The notes: a model not told the origin generated them from the letters alone. 64,000 nt of DNA from Prevotella sp. CAG:732 (GCA_000436035.1 FR893309.1:16421-80420), one strand, 5' to 3'; positions 10,971-21,635 are shown, counted from the stretch's first letter. Numbers and translations are program-made.

Positions 10971-12392
10971 ATGAAAAAGATATTTAGAAACCTAATGATG
11001 CTTCTCTGCGCACTCACCGCCTTGGTGAGTTGCGATGAGAGTGGCGACAAGATATACTTGAATGGCTTCGAGGCTTCCGGTTTGATGGCTTCGGCTTCGG
11101 ATGTCCTCTTGTCAGTTGACAACACCAAGGACATTGTGGTCTCATTTGCATGGAAGAATCCTACTTTGCTCTCTAGCGACGAGACCAAACCTGCTGCTAG
11201 TGGTAATTTGCTCACTTATTTGCAAGCATCCACTTCCGAGGATTTTGCCACAACGAAGGATTACACCGTGTCAACTCTCTCCAAGGTTTTCACTGGTGCC
11301 GATCTCAATGCACTTGCCAAGGAGTTGCAGATGACTCCAGAGCAGAATGCTCCTGTGTACTTCCGTGTCAAGAGTCAGATGGGTGCCAACCTCGATGCAG
11401 CTTATAGCAATGTATGTCAGGTGAACGTTACACCTTATATGATACACATGAATAAGTTGACGCTCGTGGAGAAGGAGGATAAGTCAAAAGTCGTGGATTA
11501 TCTTTATTCTCCTAATGAAGATGGCATTTATACAGGTTATATGAATGTATCATCTTGGTTGAACTTCTGGGGTAAGGAGAATGATGGCTCCATTTGGGGT
11601 AACTCTTCTAAGGAAGGAACCTTCGCTATTGATAATACAGAGACTGCTTGGAGCTGCTGGTTCCCAGAGCCTGCTGGTATCTATTATGCGGTACTGGATA
11701 CGAAGGCTAAGGAGTGGAAGGCTACTTGGTTGAAGGAACTTCAGCTTAATGGTGAGGCGATGACATACGATGCTCCTAACTATGCTTGGGTGAAGGTCAT
11801 TACTACATCTGCCGATAATGCCCCTATCTCTATCGCAGCTACAGGTGCAGAATATAATAAGTCAACTGGTACTGATGATGCCAAGGCTGTAGCCAAGACA
11901 ATGAACTATACTCTCGCTGATGGCAAGATGACGGATGCAGAGACTGCTGGTAGCGTGAATATTGCAAAGGCTGGTACTTATACCGTTACCGTGAAGGTGG
12001 GAGAGAATGGCGAGTTGGCTTACTCTATCGTAGCCGGCGACCAGACTTCTCCAGAGCCAGAGATACATAATACTATCGGAATGTTCTCTAACGATGGAAG
12101 TACACTTTATGCTATTTTTGAAAAGGTGAGCGATAACGTTTATTCTTGCACTTATGACTTGAAGAATAAATGGAATATGCGTTTCTACTATGTTGGTGAT
12201 GGTGTTGCAGACAAGCAAGTTTGCTATGGGGCGGCTCCAACTAGTGATGGTCAGTTCACTCTTTATAAGGAAACTACAACGGAAAAAGATAAATTCCAAG
12301 GATGGGACATCTGGTTGAATGATGATGTGGATGGAAAGGAGAAAGTGACCATCACCATTGACCTCAACACCATGACATGGAAGTATGAATAA
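10971..12392 (+). CDS. SusE-like surface glycan-binding lipoprotein (DUF5114-like)
   Basis: Lipobox LVSC; SusE-type N-terminal domain (VYFRVKS...AAYSNV); position after SusD. Confidence 0.75.
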   Translation: MKKIFRNLMMLLCALTALVSCDESGDKIYLNGFEASGLMASASDVLLSVDNTKDIVVSFAWKNPTLLSSDETKPAASGNLLTYLQASTSEDFATTKDYTVSTLSKVFTGADLNALAKELQMTPEQNAPVYFRVKSQMGANLDAAYSNVCQVNVTPYMIHMNKLTLVEKEDKSKVVDYLYSPNEDGIYTGYMNVSSWLNFWGKENDGSIWGNSSKEGTFAIDNTETAWSCWFPEPAGIYYAVLDTKAKEWKATWLKELQLNGEAMTYDAPNYAWVKVITTSADNAPISIAATGAEYNKSTGTDDAKAVAKTMNYTLADGKMTDAETAGSVNIAKAGTYTVTVKVGENGELAYSIVAGDQTSPEPEIHNTIGMFSNDGSTLYAIFEKVSDNVYSCTYDLKNKWNMRFYYVGDGVADKQVCYGAAPTSDGQFTLYKETTTEKDKFQGWDIWLNDDVDGKEKVTITIDLNTMTWKYE

Positions 12393-12410
12393 TTAATAAG
12401 ATAAATAGCA

Positions 12411-13499
12411 ATGAAAAATATATTAGGTAAAGCAATGTTGCTGGCTTCAGCACTCTTGTTCTCTATCACGGGAACCAGTTGCAGCAACGATGATAACACG
12501 ACTCCAGAAAAGGAGAAAACTTACGATATGAGTGGTTTCGCCAAGGGAGCCGATGTCAGTTGGCTCACTGAGATGGAGGGCGATGGTGTCAACTTCTATA
12601 GCGCCAGTGGCAAGAAGCAAGAGTGCTTGTCTTTGCTTCGTGACCTAGGTGTCAACTCCATCCGCCTTCGTGTCTGGGTAAATCCAGATGGCGGTTTGTG
12701 CAACAAGAACGATGTCGTGGCTAAGGCTTGGCGAGCACAGCAGTTGGGCTTCCGCCTCATGATCGACTTCCATTACTCTGATACTTGGGCAGACCCTGCT
12801 CATCAGACAGTACCTGCCGCTTGGCAAGGTTATACTTTCGAGCAGATGAAGCAAGCCGTATCTAGTCATACTACCGAGGTGTTGACTGCCTTGAAGGATA
12901 GAGGTGTCAGCAACGTGGAGTGGGTACAGGTAGGAAACGAGACTCGTGACGGTATGCTTTGGAACGATGATGACGTGAATGTCACAGGTCGTTGCTCCAA
13001 GAACGCTTCCAACTTCTCTGCCTACATCACCGCAGGTTATGATGCTGTCAAGGCTGTTTATCCACAGGCTAAGGTCATCGTGCATATCGACGAGGGCAAC
13101 AACCTCGGTCGCTACACTTGGATCTTCGATGAGTTGAAGAACCACGGCGGCAAGTGGGATGTCATCGGTATGTCGCTCTATCCTGAGGACAGTAACTGGA
13201 CCGAGTTGACAGACAACTGTCTCGCCAACATCAAAACCTTGTCAGACAAGTATAACTGCGATGTGGTTATCTCCGAGATTGGTATGAATTGGGATTCCGA
13301 TCAGGCAGCCCCAATGATGAAGAAGATGGTGGATGGTTGCAAGGCCATCTCTACCTGCGAGGGTATCTTCTATTGGGAACCAGAGGTATATAACGACTGG
13401 AAACCTGCCAACTATACCACATTGGGATGGGGTGCTTACCAGAAGGGAGCCTTCGACAAGAGTGGCAAGCCAACAGCCGTATTCGATGCCTTCAAGTAA
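12411..13499 (+). CDS. GH53 endo-beta-1,4-galactanase, lipoprotein
   Basis: GADVSW, RLRVWVNP, DFHYSDTWADP, catalytic VQVGNE and ISEIG, GIFYWEP. Confidence 0.95.
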   Translation: MKNILGKAMLLASALLFSITGTSCSNDDNTTPEKEKTYDMSGFAKGADVSWLTEMEGDGVNFYSASGKKQECLSLLRDLGVNSIRLRVWVNPDGGLCNKNDVVAKAWRAQQLGFRLMIDFHYSDTWADPAHQTVPAAWQGYTFEQMKQAVSSHTTEVLTALKDRGVSNVEWVQVGNETRDGMLWNDDDVNVTGRCSKNASNFSAYITAGYDAVKAVYPQAKVIVHIDEGNNLGRYTWIFDELKNHGGKWDVIGMSLYPEDSNWTELTDNCLANIKTLSDKYNCDVVISEIGMNWDSDQAAPMMKKMVDGCKAISTCEGIFYWEPEVYNDWKPANYTTLGWGAYQKGAFDKSGKPTAVFDAFK

Positions 13500-13541
13500 G
13501 GAATGTGCTAAAGACATCATACATTATTTATATATATAGTA

Positions 13542-16004
13542 ATGATAGGACAAAAGAAATTGACATTGGCGACTTTCGCCTTGGCTCTCTCTGCGATGAC
13601 CATGGCGCAAAGTCGAAAGATTATCAACTTGCCATCGTGGGATTTCTCTCGTGATGGCAAGTCGTGGACACAGGTGCAAGTGCCTCATGACTGGGCTATC
13701 GCCGGACCATTCGACAAGAAATGGGACCTCCAGATGGTTGCCATCGAACAGAATGGCGAGAAGGAGAAATCTGAGAAGTCGGGTCGTTCGGGTGCGCTTC
13801 CTTGGATAGGCGAGGGCGAGTATCGCATGAACCTCACCTTGCCAAAGGGCTACAAACGTGCCGTCTTGGTATTCGATGGTGCGATGAGTGAGCCCACCGT
13901 CTTCGTGAATGGCAAGGAGGCTGGCAAGTGGGCTTATGGCTACAATGCCTTCCGCATCGACATCACCCCATACGTGCAGTTTGGTGGCAAGAAGAATCTT
14001 GTGGAGGTTCACCTCAAGAATGTGGAGGAGAGCAGCCGCTGGTATCCAGGTGGCGGTCTTTATCGCCCCGTGAAAGTGGAGCTTTATGGCGATGTCAACT
14101 TCTCTACTTGGGACACCTTCGCCCGTACACTCAAGGCTGACAAGGCTGAGGCTGAGTTGGAGGTGGATGCGCTCTTGCAAGGCAAACTTGCCAAGAATGG
14201 TCGCACGGTCATAGCTTTGGCTGATGAAGCGGGAAAGGTTGTGGCACAGCAAACTATCAATGGTGCCAATCCTACCATCAAGACCCAACTCAAGGTGGCT
14301 AATCCACAGCTTTGGTCGCCTGAACATCCGTATCTCTACCAGCTCAAACTCACTCGATATGAGGGCAAGAAGGTAGCGGATGTGCAGACTTTGAAGACCG
14401 GAATCCGTACCATATCGGTATCGAAGGACTATGGTTTCCAACTCAATGGCGTGACCCGAAAGATAAAAGGTGTCTGTTTGCATCACGACCTCGGTCCGCT
14501 CGGTGCGGCAGAGAACAAGGCTGCACTCATCCGACAAATCAAGATGATGAAGGCGATGGGATGTGATGCCATCCGTACCGCCCACAATATGCCTTCCACG
14601 ATGCAGATGGAACTCTGCGACTCACTCGGTATGATGGTGATGGCAGAGAGCTTCGATATGTGGATTTATCCTAAGTGCAAGAATGGTTATGCTCGCTTCT
14701 TCAAGGAGTGGAGCGACAAGGACATCACCAATCTCGTGAAGCACCACCGCAACCATCCTAGCATCATCATGTGGAGCATCGGCAATGAGATTCCTGAGCA
14801 GTGGAGCAAGGAAGGTGTCGAAATCGCCAAGCACTTGCAAAACATCTGCCATCAGTACGACCCTTCTCGCCCTGTCACCCAGGGTATGGATAGGGCTGAG
14901 GCTGCCTTGAAGTCGGGCTTCGCACAGGCAATGGATGTGCCGGGATTCAACTATCGTGTACATAAATATTATAAGAATATCGAGCAGCTCCCTCAGGGCT
15001 TCTTGCTCGGAAGCGAGACTGCATCTACGGTCAGTTCCCGTGGCGTGTATAAGTTCCCTGTAGTGGTGCAAAACAAGGATAAGAATCCTTACCCTGATGG
15101 TCAGTGCTCCAGCTATGATACCGAGTATTGTTCGTGGAGCAACCTACCGGATGACGACTGGAAGATGCAAGACGACTACAGTTGGGTAATCGGCGAGTTC
15201 GTGTGGACTGGTTATGACTACCTCGGCGAGCCGACACCTTATGATGAGTATTGGCCATCACGTAGCAGTTACTTCGGCATCTGCGATTTGGCTGGTCTGC
15301 CTAAGGATCGCTATTATATGTATCGTGCCCGTTGGAACGAGCACCAGCACACCACCCATCTCTTGCCTCATTGGAACTGGCAGGGACGTGAGGGGCAGGT
15401 GACTCCTGTGTATTGCTATACCGATGGCGTGGAAGGTGAGTTGTTTGTCAATGGCAAGAGTCAAGGACGAGTACGCAAGGACCCATCGAGCCGATTGGAT
15501 CGCTATCGCCTCCGTTGGAATGACGTGAAGTATGAGCCAGGCGAGATTCGTGTGGTGACTTACAATCAGTATGGCGACAAGGTAGGAGAGGATGTGAGAC
15601 GTACCGCTGGTGAGCCGACCCAAATCAAACTCAGCGTTGAGACCCCTGACCATGAGGGCATCGCTTGCATGGTGGAGGGATGTACCGATGAGCACAATAC
15701 GGTATTGAAGGCTGATGGCAACGACTTGGCTTACATCACCGTGAGTCTCTTGGACAAGGATGGCAATGAATGTCCGCTTGCCGATGATGAGATGACCTTC
15801 GAGGTCTCTGGCGCAGGAACCTTCAAGGCGGCTTGCAATGGCGATGCCACATCCTTGGAACCATTCGCCCAGCCACAGATGAAACTCTTCTCAGGCAAAC
15901 TCGTCGTCATCGTACAGAGCAAGGCGCAGAAGGGCAACATCACGCTGAAGGTGAAGGATGCCAAGCGAGGCTTGGAGAAAGAACTCACCTTGTTCGCAAA
16001 TTAG
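13542..16004 (+). CDS. GH2 beta-galactosidase
   Basis: GVCLHHDLGPLG, IRTAHN, NHPSIIMWSIGNE, FVWTGYDYLGEP. Confidence 0.93.
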   Translation: MIGQKKLTLATFALALSAMTMAQSRKIINLPSWDFSRDGKSWTQVQVPHDWAIAGPFDKKWDLQMVAIEQNGEKEKSEKSGRSGALPWIGEGEYRMNLTLPKGYKRAVLVFDGAMSEPTVFVNGKEAGKWAYGYNAFRIDITPYVQFGGKKNLVEVHLKNVEESSRWYPGGGLYRPVKVELYGDVNFSTWDTFARTLKADKAEAELEVDALLQGKLAKNGRTVIALADEAGKVVAQQTINGANPTIKTQLKVANPQLWSPEHPYLYQLKLTRYEGKKVADVQTLKTGIRTISVSKDYGFQLNGVTRKIKGVCLHHDLGPLGAAENKAALIRQIKMMKAMGCDAIRTAHNMPSTMQMELCDSLGMMVMAESFDMWIYPKCKNGYARFFKEWSDKDITNLVKHHRNHPSIIMWSIGNEIPEQWSKEGVEIAKHLQNICHQYDPSRPVTQGMDRAEAALKSGFAQAMDVPGFNYRVHKYYKNIEQLPQGFLLGSETASTVSSRGVYKFPVVVQNKDKNPYPDGQCSSYDTEYCSWSNLPDDDWKMQDDYSWVIGEFVWTGYDYLGEPTPYDEYWPSRSSYFGICDLAGLPKDRYYMYRARWNEHQHTTHLLPHWNWQGREGQVTPVYCYTDGVEGELFVNGKSQGRVRKDPSSRLDRYRLRWNDVKYEPGEIRVVTYNQYGDKVGEDVRRTAGEPTQIKLSVETPDHEGIACMVEGCTDEHNTVLKADGNDLAYITVSLLDKDGNECPLADDEMTFEVSGAGTFKAACNGDATSLEPFAQPQMKLFSGKLVVIVQSKAQKGNITLKVKDAKRGLEKELTLFAN

Positions 16005-16052
16005 TATTCAAAAAATTTGGAGTATTGCGCAAGAATGTGTAATTTTGCACAC

Positions 16053-19010
16053 ATGAAACAATCTTGTAAACTCCCATACAAAATAACGCTGGTCTTGTTG
16101 ATGACGCTGATAGTCAGTGCCATCCAAGCTCAGCGTTTTGTGAATATCACCTTGGATGGTGCGCAAACTGTGTCGAGTATTGCACAAGACAAACAAGGCG
16201 TGATATGGCTTGGCACCGAGAATGGACTCTATAGTTATGATGGTTATCATAGCTATCGCCATTATGCCGACCACGCTTTCTCCAACACCCGTGTCAATGC
16301 CTTGGCTTTCAAGGGCAGCATGCTCTATCTCGCTACGGGCAGTGGCATCTTGGCTTTCGAAACCCAGACATATAGTTATGTATCGACACCTGCCAAGGAG
16401 CATTTCGATAATGAGAGCCAACGTAAGCTATTGAAGGAACAGCGAGTGCTGGATGTGCGCAACGAAAAGGCGACCTTGGGCAGCGATGTCTATGCCTTGT
16501 TGCATACACCGAAGGGATTGTTGACAGGTTCCATCTCCGGTCTTCGCTTGAACCAGCGCTTGATTCCTCTGCGCCAGGGGGAGCAACCGCTCGTCAATGC
16601 CTTGGCTTACGATGCCAAGCGTAAGTGTTATTGGGTCGGTACGGAGGGAGCCTTGTATTGTGCCGACTTGCAACTCCGCCATTTCTCGAAGATAGAGGAA
16701 CTCAATGGCAACTCGGTGAAGTGCTTGGCTGAGGACAACGAGGGCAAGCTCTATATCGGTACCGACAACGGACTCTATAGCTTGTCTATCCACAATGTAC
16801 TCGAACACTATGTACACGACTCTCGTGATGCTGCCTCCATCCCCAACAATATCGTGTGGGCTTGTTTCGTGGACAAGTGGCAAAACGTGTGGATAGGCAC
16901 CGACAATGGTCTTTCCCGTCTCTCCACCCATACCTATTATGAATATATGCCGCTTGACAAACTTACCTTTACGGGCGAGGGCAACTGCCTGCATGCCATC
17001 CTCCAGACGAAGAATGGCGACTGGTGGTTGGGTGGTACCAACGGACTGATATGGCAAGGCTGCGTATGGTATAAGCAGAACAACCAGCAATATCCGCTCA
17101 CCCACAACCGAGTGCGCAAGATATATGAGGACCATGAGGGTGACCTTTGGGCTTGTACCGACCATGGCATCAACTTGCTACAACGCTCTTCACAACTGAT
17201 GATGAACTTCATCGTCTATGACAAGAGTGGCAAGTATTCCACCGCCTGGGCTTACGACATCTTGGAAGACCGACAGGGACGTATCTGGATGGCTTCCTAT
17301 ATGGGCGGTATCTTCGTCATCAACAAGCAGAAACTCGTGACTGCCATTGCTCACTCTCGTACCTCTTCCATCACAGCCACCGCCTCTTGCATCGCGGATG
17401 CGCATTTCACCGACCAAGGCAAGAATGCACTTTCGGGCATCCACGTAGGACAGATGGTGATGGACGGCAAAGGAATGATTTGGGCTTCCACCTACAATCG
17501 TCTCGACCGCATCGACCCTGTCCGCATGACCGTGGAACATACCGCCAACGTGGGAGCTATTAATTATCTGATGGCAGACTCCCATGGTAATGTATGGGTA
17601 GGCGACAACAGTAGCGTGAAGTGCTATGATGTGGCAGCCAGTAAGGGACGTGAGGCTCGTCTCGCCGACATTCAGTCGCATGAATGGCAGATAGGAGGCA
17701 AGGTGAGCACGATGTGCGATGTGGAAGGCAAGATATGGGTCGTGAGCGACGATGAATGTTGTGTGCTCGATAAGAACGGCAAGAGCTTCCGTTTCATCAT
17801 TCCAGTCCTCTCTCCACTCACGATGGCTTATTCCAAGTCTGAACACGTAGTCGTGATGGGCGGCAACGACGGTGTGGTGAGAGTCCGTGCCGACTTGGCA
17901 GAACCATCGGCTGCCGCATCGCAGAAGGAGAAGATGCAACTCTTCTTGACCGGTGTCATCGTCAATGGAGCGCAGGTGATGGATGGGGCACAAGCATCCG
18001 CAGGTCATGCTGATGAGGCTCCGCTGTATCTGAAGAAACTCACGTTGGAGAGCGATGAGAACAACTTCACGCTTCAACTCTCCGACCTTCCTTTTGGCGA
18101 CCATCCTTCTCGTGTCTATGCCTATCGCTTGGAAGGCATCGACCACGATTGGCATTATCTTAACCAAGGCAATCTTGATATTGTCTATAACGGTTTGCCA
18201 TACGGCGATTACCAACTAGCCGTTCATGTCTTGGATGGCGAGGGCAACATCGGCGAGGAGGTTTATTCGCTCGACATCTCTATATTGCCACCTTGGTATC
18301 TCTCGATATGGGCTAGACTCTTCTATCTCGCCTTGGCTATCGGTGCCGTTTGGGGAGGTATGAAGTTCTATCTCGTGAGAGAACGCTTGGCTGAGGAGCA
18401 GCGACAGAAGGCGGAAATCCTCGAACAGGTGGATGCCCGTATGAAGTTCTTCGCTAGTTTGGCAGAGCGACTGAAGGCGGCGGTGAACCATCGCTCCTTC
18501 GAGGAGGTAACGCAACTCGTGAATAGTTCCTTGGTGGTGGACAGTACGGCTATGGCTGACTTGCCAAATGAAGTAGCGCAGGGTGCTCCTACATCGGATA
18601 GCACGCCTTCGACAGAGGTGGCAGCTGAATCGGAAAATCCAGCAGAAGAGGCTAGCCTGCAGAAGCCGATGACGCTGAGCGAAGCCGACCAGCGCCTGTT
18701 GCGTGAGGTCAACGAGGCGATAGAGAAACACATGATAGATTCCGACTTCAATGTGACGAGTTTGCAGGAAATCATCGGCATCGGTGGCAAACAACTCTAT
18801 CGCAAGATAAAGGCGATGACAGGCAAGACTCCAGTGGAATACATCCGTGGCATCCGCTTGCGCAAGGCGGCGATGATGCTCAAGGAAGGTAAGTTCAGCG
18901 TGTCGGAGGTGATGTACTCCGTGGGCTTCTCCAACAGCAGCTACTTCTCTAAGTGCTTCTCCAAGGAGTATGGCATGACACCGACGGAATTTATGAAAGT
19001 GAAGAGCTGA
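16053..19010 (+). CDS. HTCS-derived regulator: beta-propeller/Y_Y_Y sensor, TM helix and AraC HTH, with no kinase or receiver domain
   Basis: Reg_prop repeats (WIGTDNGL), YAYRLEGIDHDW, ILPPWY plus TM helix, C-terminal AraC (VSEVMYSVGFSNSSYFSKCF); ATG 16053 chosen because TAATTTTG sits at 16040-16047. Confidence 0.88.
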   Translation: MKQSCKLPYKITLVLLMTLIVSAIQAQRFVNITLDGAQTVSSIAQDKQGVIWLGTENGLYSYDGYHSYRHYADHAFSNTRVNALAFKGSMLYLATGSGILAFETQTYSYVSTPAKEHFDNESQRKLLKEQRVLDVRNEKATLGSDVYALLHTPKGLLTGSISGLRLNQRLIPLRQGEQPLVNALAYDAKRKCYWVGTEGALYCADLQLRHFSKIEELNGNSVKCLAEDNEGKLYIGTDNGLYSLSIHNVLEHYVHDSRDAASIPNNIVWACFVDKWQNVWIGTDNGLSRLSTHTYYEYMPLDKLTFTGEGNCLHAILQTKNGDWWLGGTNGLIWQGCVWYKQNNQQYPLTHNRVRKIYEDHEGDLWACTDHGINLLQRSSQLMMNFIVYDKSGKYSTAWAYDILEDRQGRIWMASYMGGIFVINKQKLVTAIAHSRTSSITATASCIADAHFTDQGKNALSGIHVGQMVMDGKGMIWASTYNRLDRIDPVRMTVEHTANVGAINYLMADSHGNVWVGDNSSVKCYDVAASKGREARLADIQSHEWQIGGKVSTMCDVEGKIWVVSDDECCVLDKNGKSFRFIIPVLSPLTMAYSKSEHVVVMGGNDGVVRVRADLAEPSAAASQKEKMQLFLTGVIVNGAQVMDGAQASAGHADEAPLYLKKLTLESDENNFTLQLSDLPFGDHPSRVYAYRLEGIDHDWHYLNQGNLDIVYNGLPYGDYQLAVHVLDGEGNIGEEVYSLDISILPPWYLSIWARLFYLALAIGAVWGGMKFYLVRERLAEEQRQKAEILEQVDARMKFFASLAERLKAAVNHRSFEEVTQLVNSSLVVDSTAMADLPNEVAQGAPTSDSTPSTEVAAESENPAEEASLQKPMTLSEADQRLLREVNEAIEKHMIDSDFNVTSLQEIIGIGGKQLYRKIKAMTGKTPVEYIRGIRLRKAAMMLKEGKFSVSEVMYSVGFSNSSYFSKCFSKEYGMTPTEFMKVKS

Positions 19011-19014
19011 TTAA

Positions 19015-19045
19015 GTGAAGAACGAAGAGTGAAGAATTCAATAGC
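19015..19045 (+). repeat. Heptamer repeat x3 with attcaatagc tail
   Basis: gtgaaga acgaaga gtgaaga attcaatagc. Confidence 0.85.
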
Positions 19046-19053
19046 TTAGGTGT

Positions 19054-20019
19054 ATGAGAGAATTACAACCGATATTGACCATTACGGGTTCGGATAGTAC
19101 GGGTGGTTCGGGTGTCCAGGCTGACATCAAAACCATCTCGGAACTGGGCGGCTATGCCGTCTCGGCGATTACGAGTATCACCGTACAGAACACCCTGGGT
19201 ATCCAGGAGTTCTTTGATGTGCCGGCAGAGATTGTGTCGGGACAGATAGAGGCGATTATGAACGATATTCAGCCTAGTGTAGTCAAGGTGGGCATGATAC
19301 GTAAGGTGGAGACCTTGGATGTTATCATCGATGCCCTCACCAAGTATCGTCCCGACTATATGGTCTATGCCCCGGCTATCTGGTCGAGCAATGGCGATGC
19401 GCTGATGACGGAGGATGTGGTGAGCCAGATCAAGTATCGCCTCTTGCCGCTCTGTTCGGCGGTGGTGGCGAGGAAGAAAGAGAACGACATCATGCTGCAA
19501 GATAGCAAACTGTTGCGCCGTGCAGAGGATGGTGGCTTGTGTGTCTTCATGCTTGACAATGCCAACTCGCATGGTCTCATCAACCGTTTCTCTTCCGCTC
19601 TCTCGGTGTATCTTACCCAAGGCAAGAAGATGGAAGAGGCTTTGGCGATGGCGCAGGATTTCATCAATGTCGAATGGGCAAGGGAGCGAAATCTGCAAGG
19701 TCGCAGCTCGGATTTGTATAGTCAGTTTATCTCGCAGGTGGTCAACTATTGTCGTACCTATAGCGATGTGCATTTCTATGCCGACCAACTGAATGTGAGC
19801 AGTCGTTATCTCGCCCAGGTTACTCGCCGTATCTCTGGCAAGACTCCAAAGAATATCATAGATGAGTATATCGTGAAGGAAATCGAACGAGAGTTGACGA
19901 CCACCACGCATACGGTGCAGGAAATCGCCAATAGCTTCGGCTTCTCATCGCAAGCGCATCTCACCAAGTTCTTCAAGAAAATGAATGGAACAACCCCAAG
20001 TATGTTCCGTAAAAGATAA
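19054..20019 (+). CDS. Degenerate ThiD/PdxK-like domain fused to an AraC HTH; putative regulator
   Basis: N-terminal LTITGSDSTGGSGVQADIKT...TSITVQNT; C-terminal FYADQLNVSSRYL...VQEIANSFGFSSQAHLTKFFKK. Confidence 0.85.
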   Translation: MRELQPILTITGSDSTGGSGVQADIKTISELGGYAVSAITSITVQNTLGIQEFFDVPAEIVSGQIEAIMNDIQPSVVKVGMIRKVETLDVIIDALTKYRPDYMVYAPAIWSSNGDALMTEDVVSQIKYRLLPLCSAVVARKKENDIMLQDSKLLRRAEDGGLCVFMLDNANSHGLINRFSSALSVYLTQGKKMEEALAMAQDFINVEWARERNLQGRSSDLYSQFISQVVNYCRTYSDVHFYADQLNVSSRYLAQVTRRISGKTPKNIIDEYIVKEIERELTTTTHTVQEIANSFGFSSQAHLTKFFKKMNGTTPSMFRKR

Positions 20020-20123
20020 ATTATACAAAATGACGTAAAGTTTGCAGAAAACGGAACTTTTTTTCTGTATTTCAACAAAAAGTGTTTCCTTTGCAGCCGT
20101 AATTGTAATAAAATAATAGAATT

Positions 20124-20999
20124 ATGGCAGAAAATAGACAAGAATTGAACCGCAACTTGGCTCAGATGCTCAAGGGTGGTGTGATCATGGACGTAACAAC
20201 TCCAGAACAGGCAAAGATTGCCGAGGCAGCAGGTGCATGTGCAGTAATGGCTTTGGAGCGTATTCCAGCCGACATCCGTGCGGCAGGTGGTGTGTCTCGT
20301 ATGAGCGACCCTAAGATGATCAAGGGTATCCAGGAGGCTGTCTCTATCCCTGTGATGGCTAAGTGCCGTATCGGTCACTTCGCTGAGGCTCAGATTCTTC
20401 AGGCTATCGAAATCGACTATATCGACGAGAGCGAGGTGCTCTCTCCAGCTGATAATGTTTATCATATCGACAAGACCAAGTTTGATGTACCTTTCGTTTG
20501 TGGTGCCAAGAACTTGGGTGAGGCGCTTCGCCGTATCGCCGAGGGCGCAACTATGATTCGTACCAAGGGTGAGCCTGGTACAGGTGATGTGGTTCAGGCT
20601 GTTACCCACATGCGTATGATGCAGAGCGAGATCAAGCGTTTGACCTCTATGAGCGAGGATGAACTTTACGAGGCAGCCAAGCAGTTGCAGGCTCCATACG
20701 ACTTGGTGAAGTATGTGCATGAGAATGGCAAGTTGCCAGTTGTCAACTTCGCAGCAGGTGGTGTGGCTACTCCAGCCGATGCAGCCTTGATGATGCAGCT
20801 CGGTGCAGAGGGTGTATTCGTAGGTTCTGGTATCTTCAAGAGTGGTAACCCAGCTAAGCGTGCCCAGGCTATCGTAAAGGCTGTGACCAACTACAACGAC
20901 CCTAAGATGTTGGCAGAGTTGAGCGAGGATCTCGGTGAGGCAATGGTTGGTATCAACGAACAGGAGATTGCTTTGTTGATGGCAGAGCGTGGTAAGTAA
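20124..20999 (+). CDS. pdxS: Pyridoxal 5'-phosphate synthase lyase subunit
   Basis: [49 protein letters not shown]. Confidence 0.98.
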   Translation: MAENRQELNRNLAQMLKGGVIMDVTTPEQAKIAEAAGACAVMALERIPADIRAAGGVSRMSDPKMIKGIQEAVSIPVMAKCRIGHFAEAQILQAIEIDYIDESEVLSPADNVYHIDKTKFDVPFVCGAKNLGEALRRIAEGATMIRTKGEPGTGDVVQAVTHMRMMQSEIKRLTSMSEDELYEAAKQLQAPYDLVKYVHENGKLPVVNFAAGGVATPADAALMMQLGAEGVFVGSGIFKSGNPAKRAQAIVKAVTNYNDPKMLAELSEDLGEAMVGINEQEIALLMAERGK

Positions 21000-21018
21000 T
21001 TGGATAGAAAGATAATGT

Positions 21019-21046
21019 AAAGCCCCTCCTGTAAAGAAGGGGCTTT
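21019..21046 (+). terminator. Hairpin between pdxS and pdxT
   Basis: aaagcccct...aggggcttt followed by t. Confidence 0.6.
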
Positions 21047-21065
21047 TATATTAGATAAGTATAGT

Positions 21066-21635
21066 ATGAGAATAGCAGTTTTAGCATTACAAGGTGCATT
21101 TGCTGAACATCGCCAGAAATTGGCGCAGTTGGGTGTGGATAGTTTCGAGATTCGCCAGTTGAAGGATTGGGACCAGCCTAAAGATGGTCTCATCATCCCT
21201 GGTGGCGAGAGTACCACCCAGGCGAAGCTTTTGAATGAGCTCGGATTGATGGAGCCAGTGAAGAAGGCGATAGCGGAAGGTTTGCCGGTATATGGCACTT
21301 GTGCCGGTTTGATTCTTCTTGCCAAGAAGATAGAGGGGGAGCCTAGCCATCGCATTGCCTCCATGGACATCACGGCATTGCGCAATGCCTATGGTCGCCA
21401 GCTCGGCAGTTTCTATGTCGAGGCTCCGATGAAGGGCATCGAGGGTAATATCCCCATGACTTTCATCCGTGCTCCTTACATCAAGGAGGTATGGGGAGAT
21501 GCCGAGGTGCTAGCTGAGGTTGATGGCAAGATAGTGGCTGCTCGCCAGGGCAACCAACTCGTCACAGCCTTCCATCCAGAGTTGAATGATAGCTTGGAGA
21601 TCCACAAGTATTTCTTGGGGATGTGCAAGAAGTAA
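21066..21635 (+). CDS. pdxT: PLP synthase glutaminase subunit
   Basis: VLALQGAF, IPGGEST, GTCAG, FHPE. Confidence 0.98.
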   Translation: MRIAVLALQGAFAEHRQKLAQLGVDSFEIRQLKDWDQPKDGLIIPGGESTTQAKLLNELGLMEPVKKAIAEGLPVYGTCAGLILLAKKIEGEPSHRIASMDITALRNAYGRQLGSFYVEAPMKGIEGNIPMTFIRAPYIKEVWGDAEVLAEVDGKIVAARQGNQLVTAFHPELNDSLEIHKYFLGMCKK

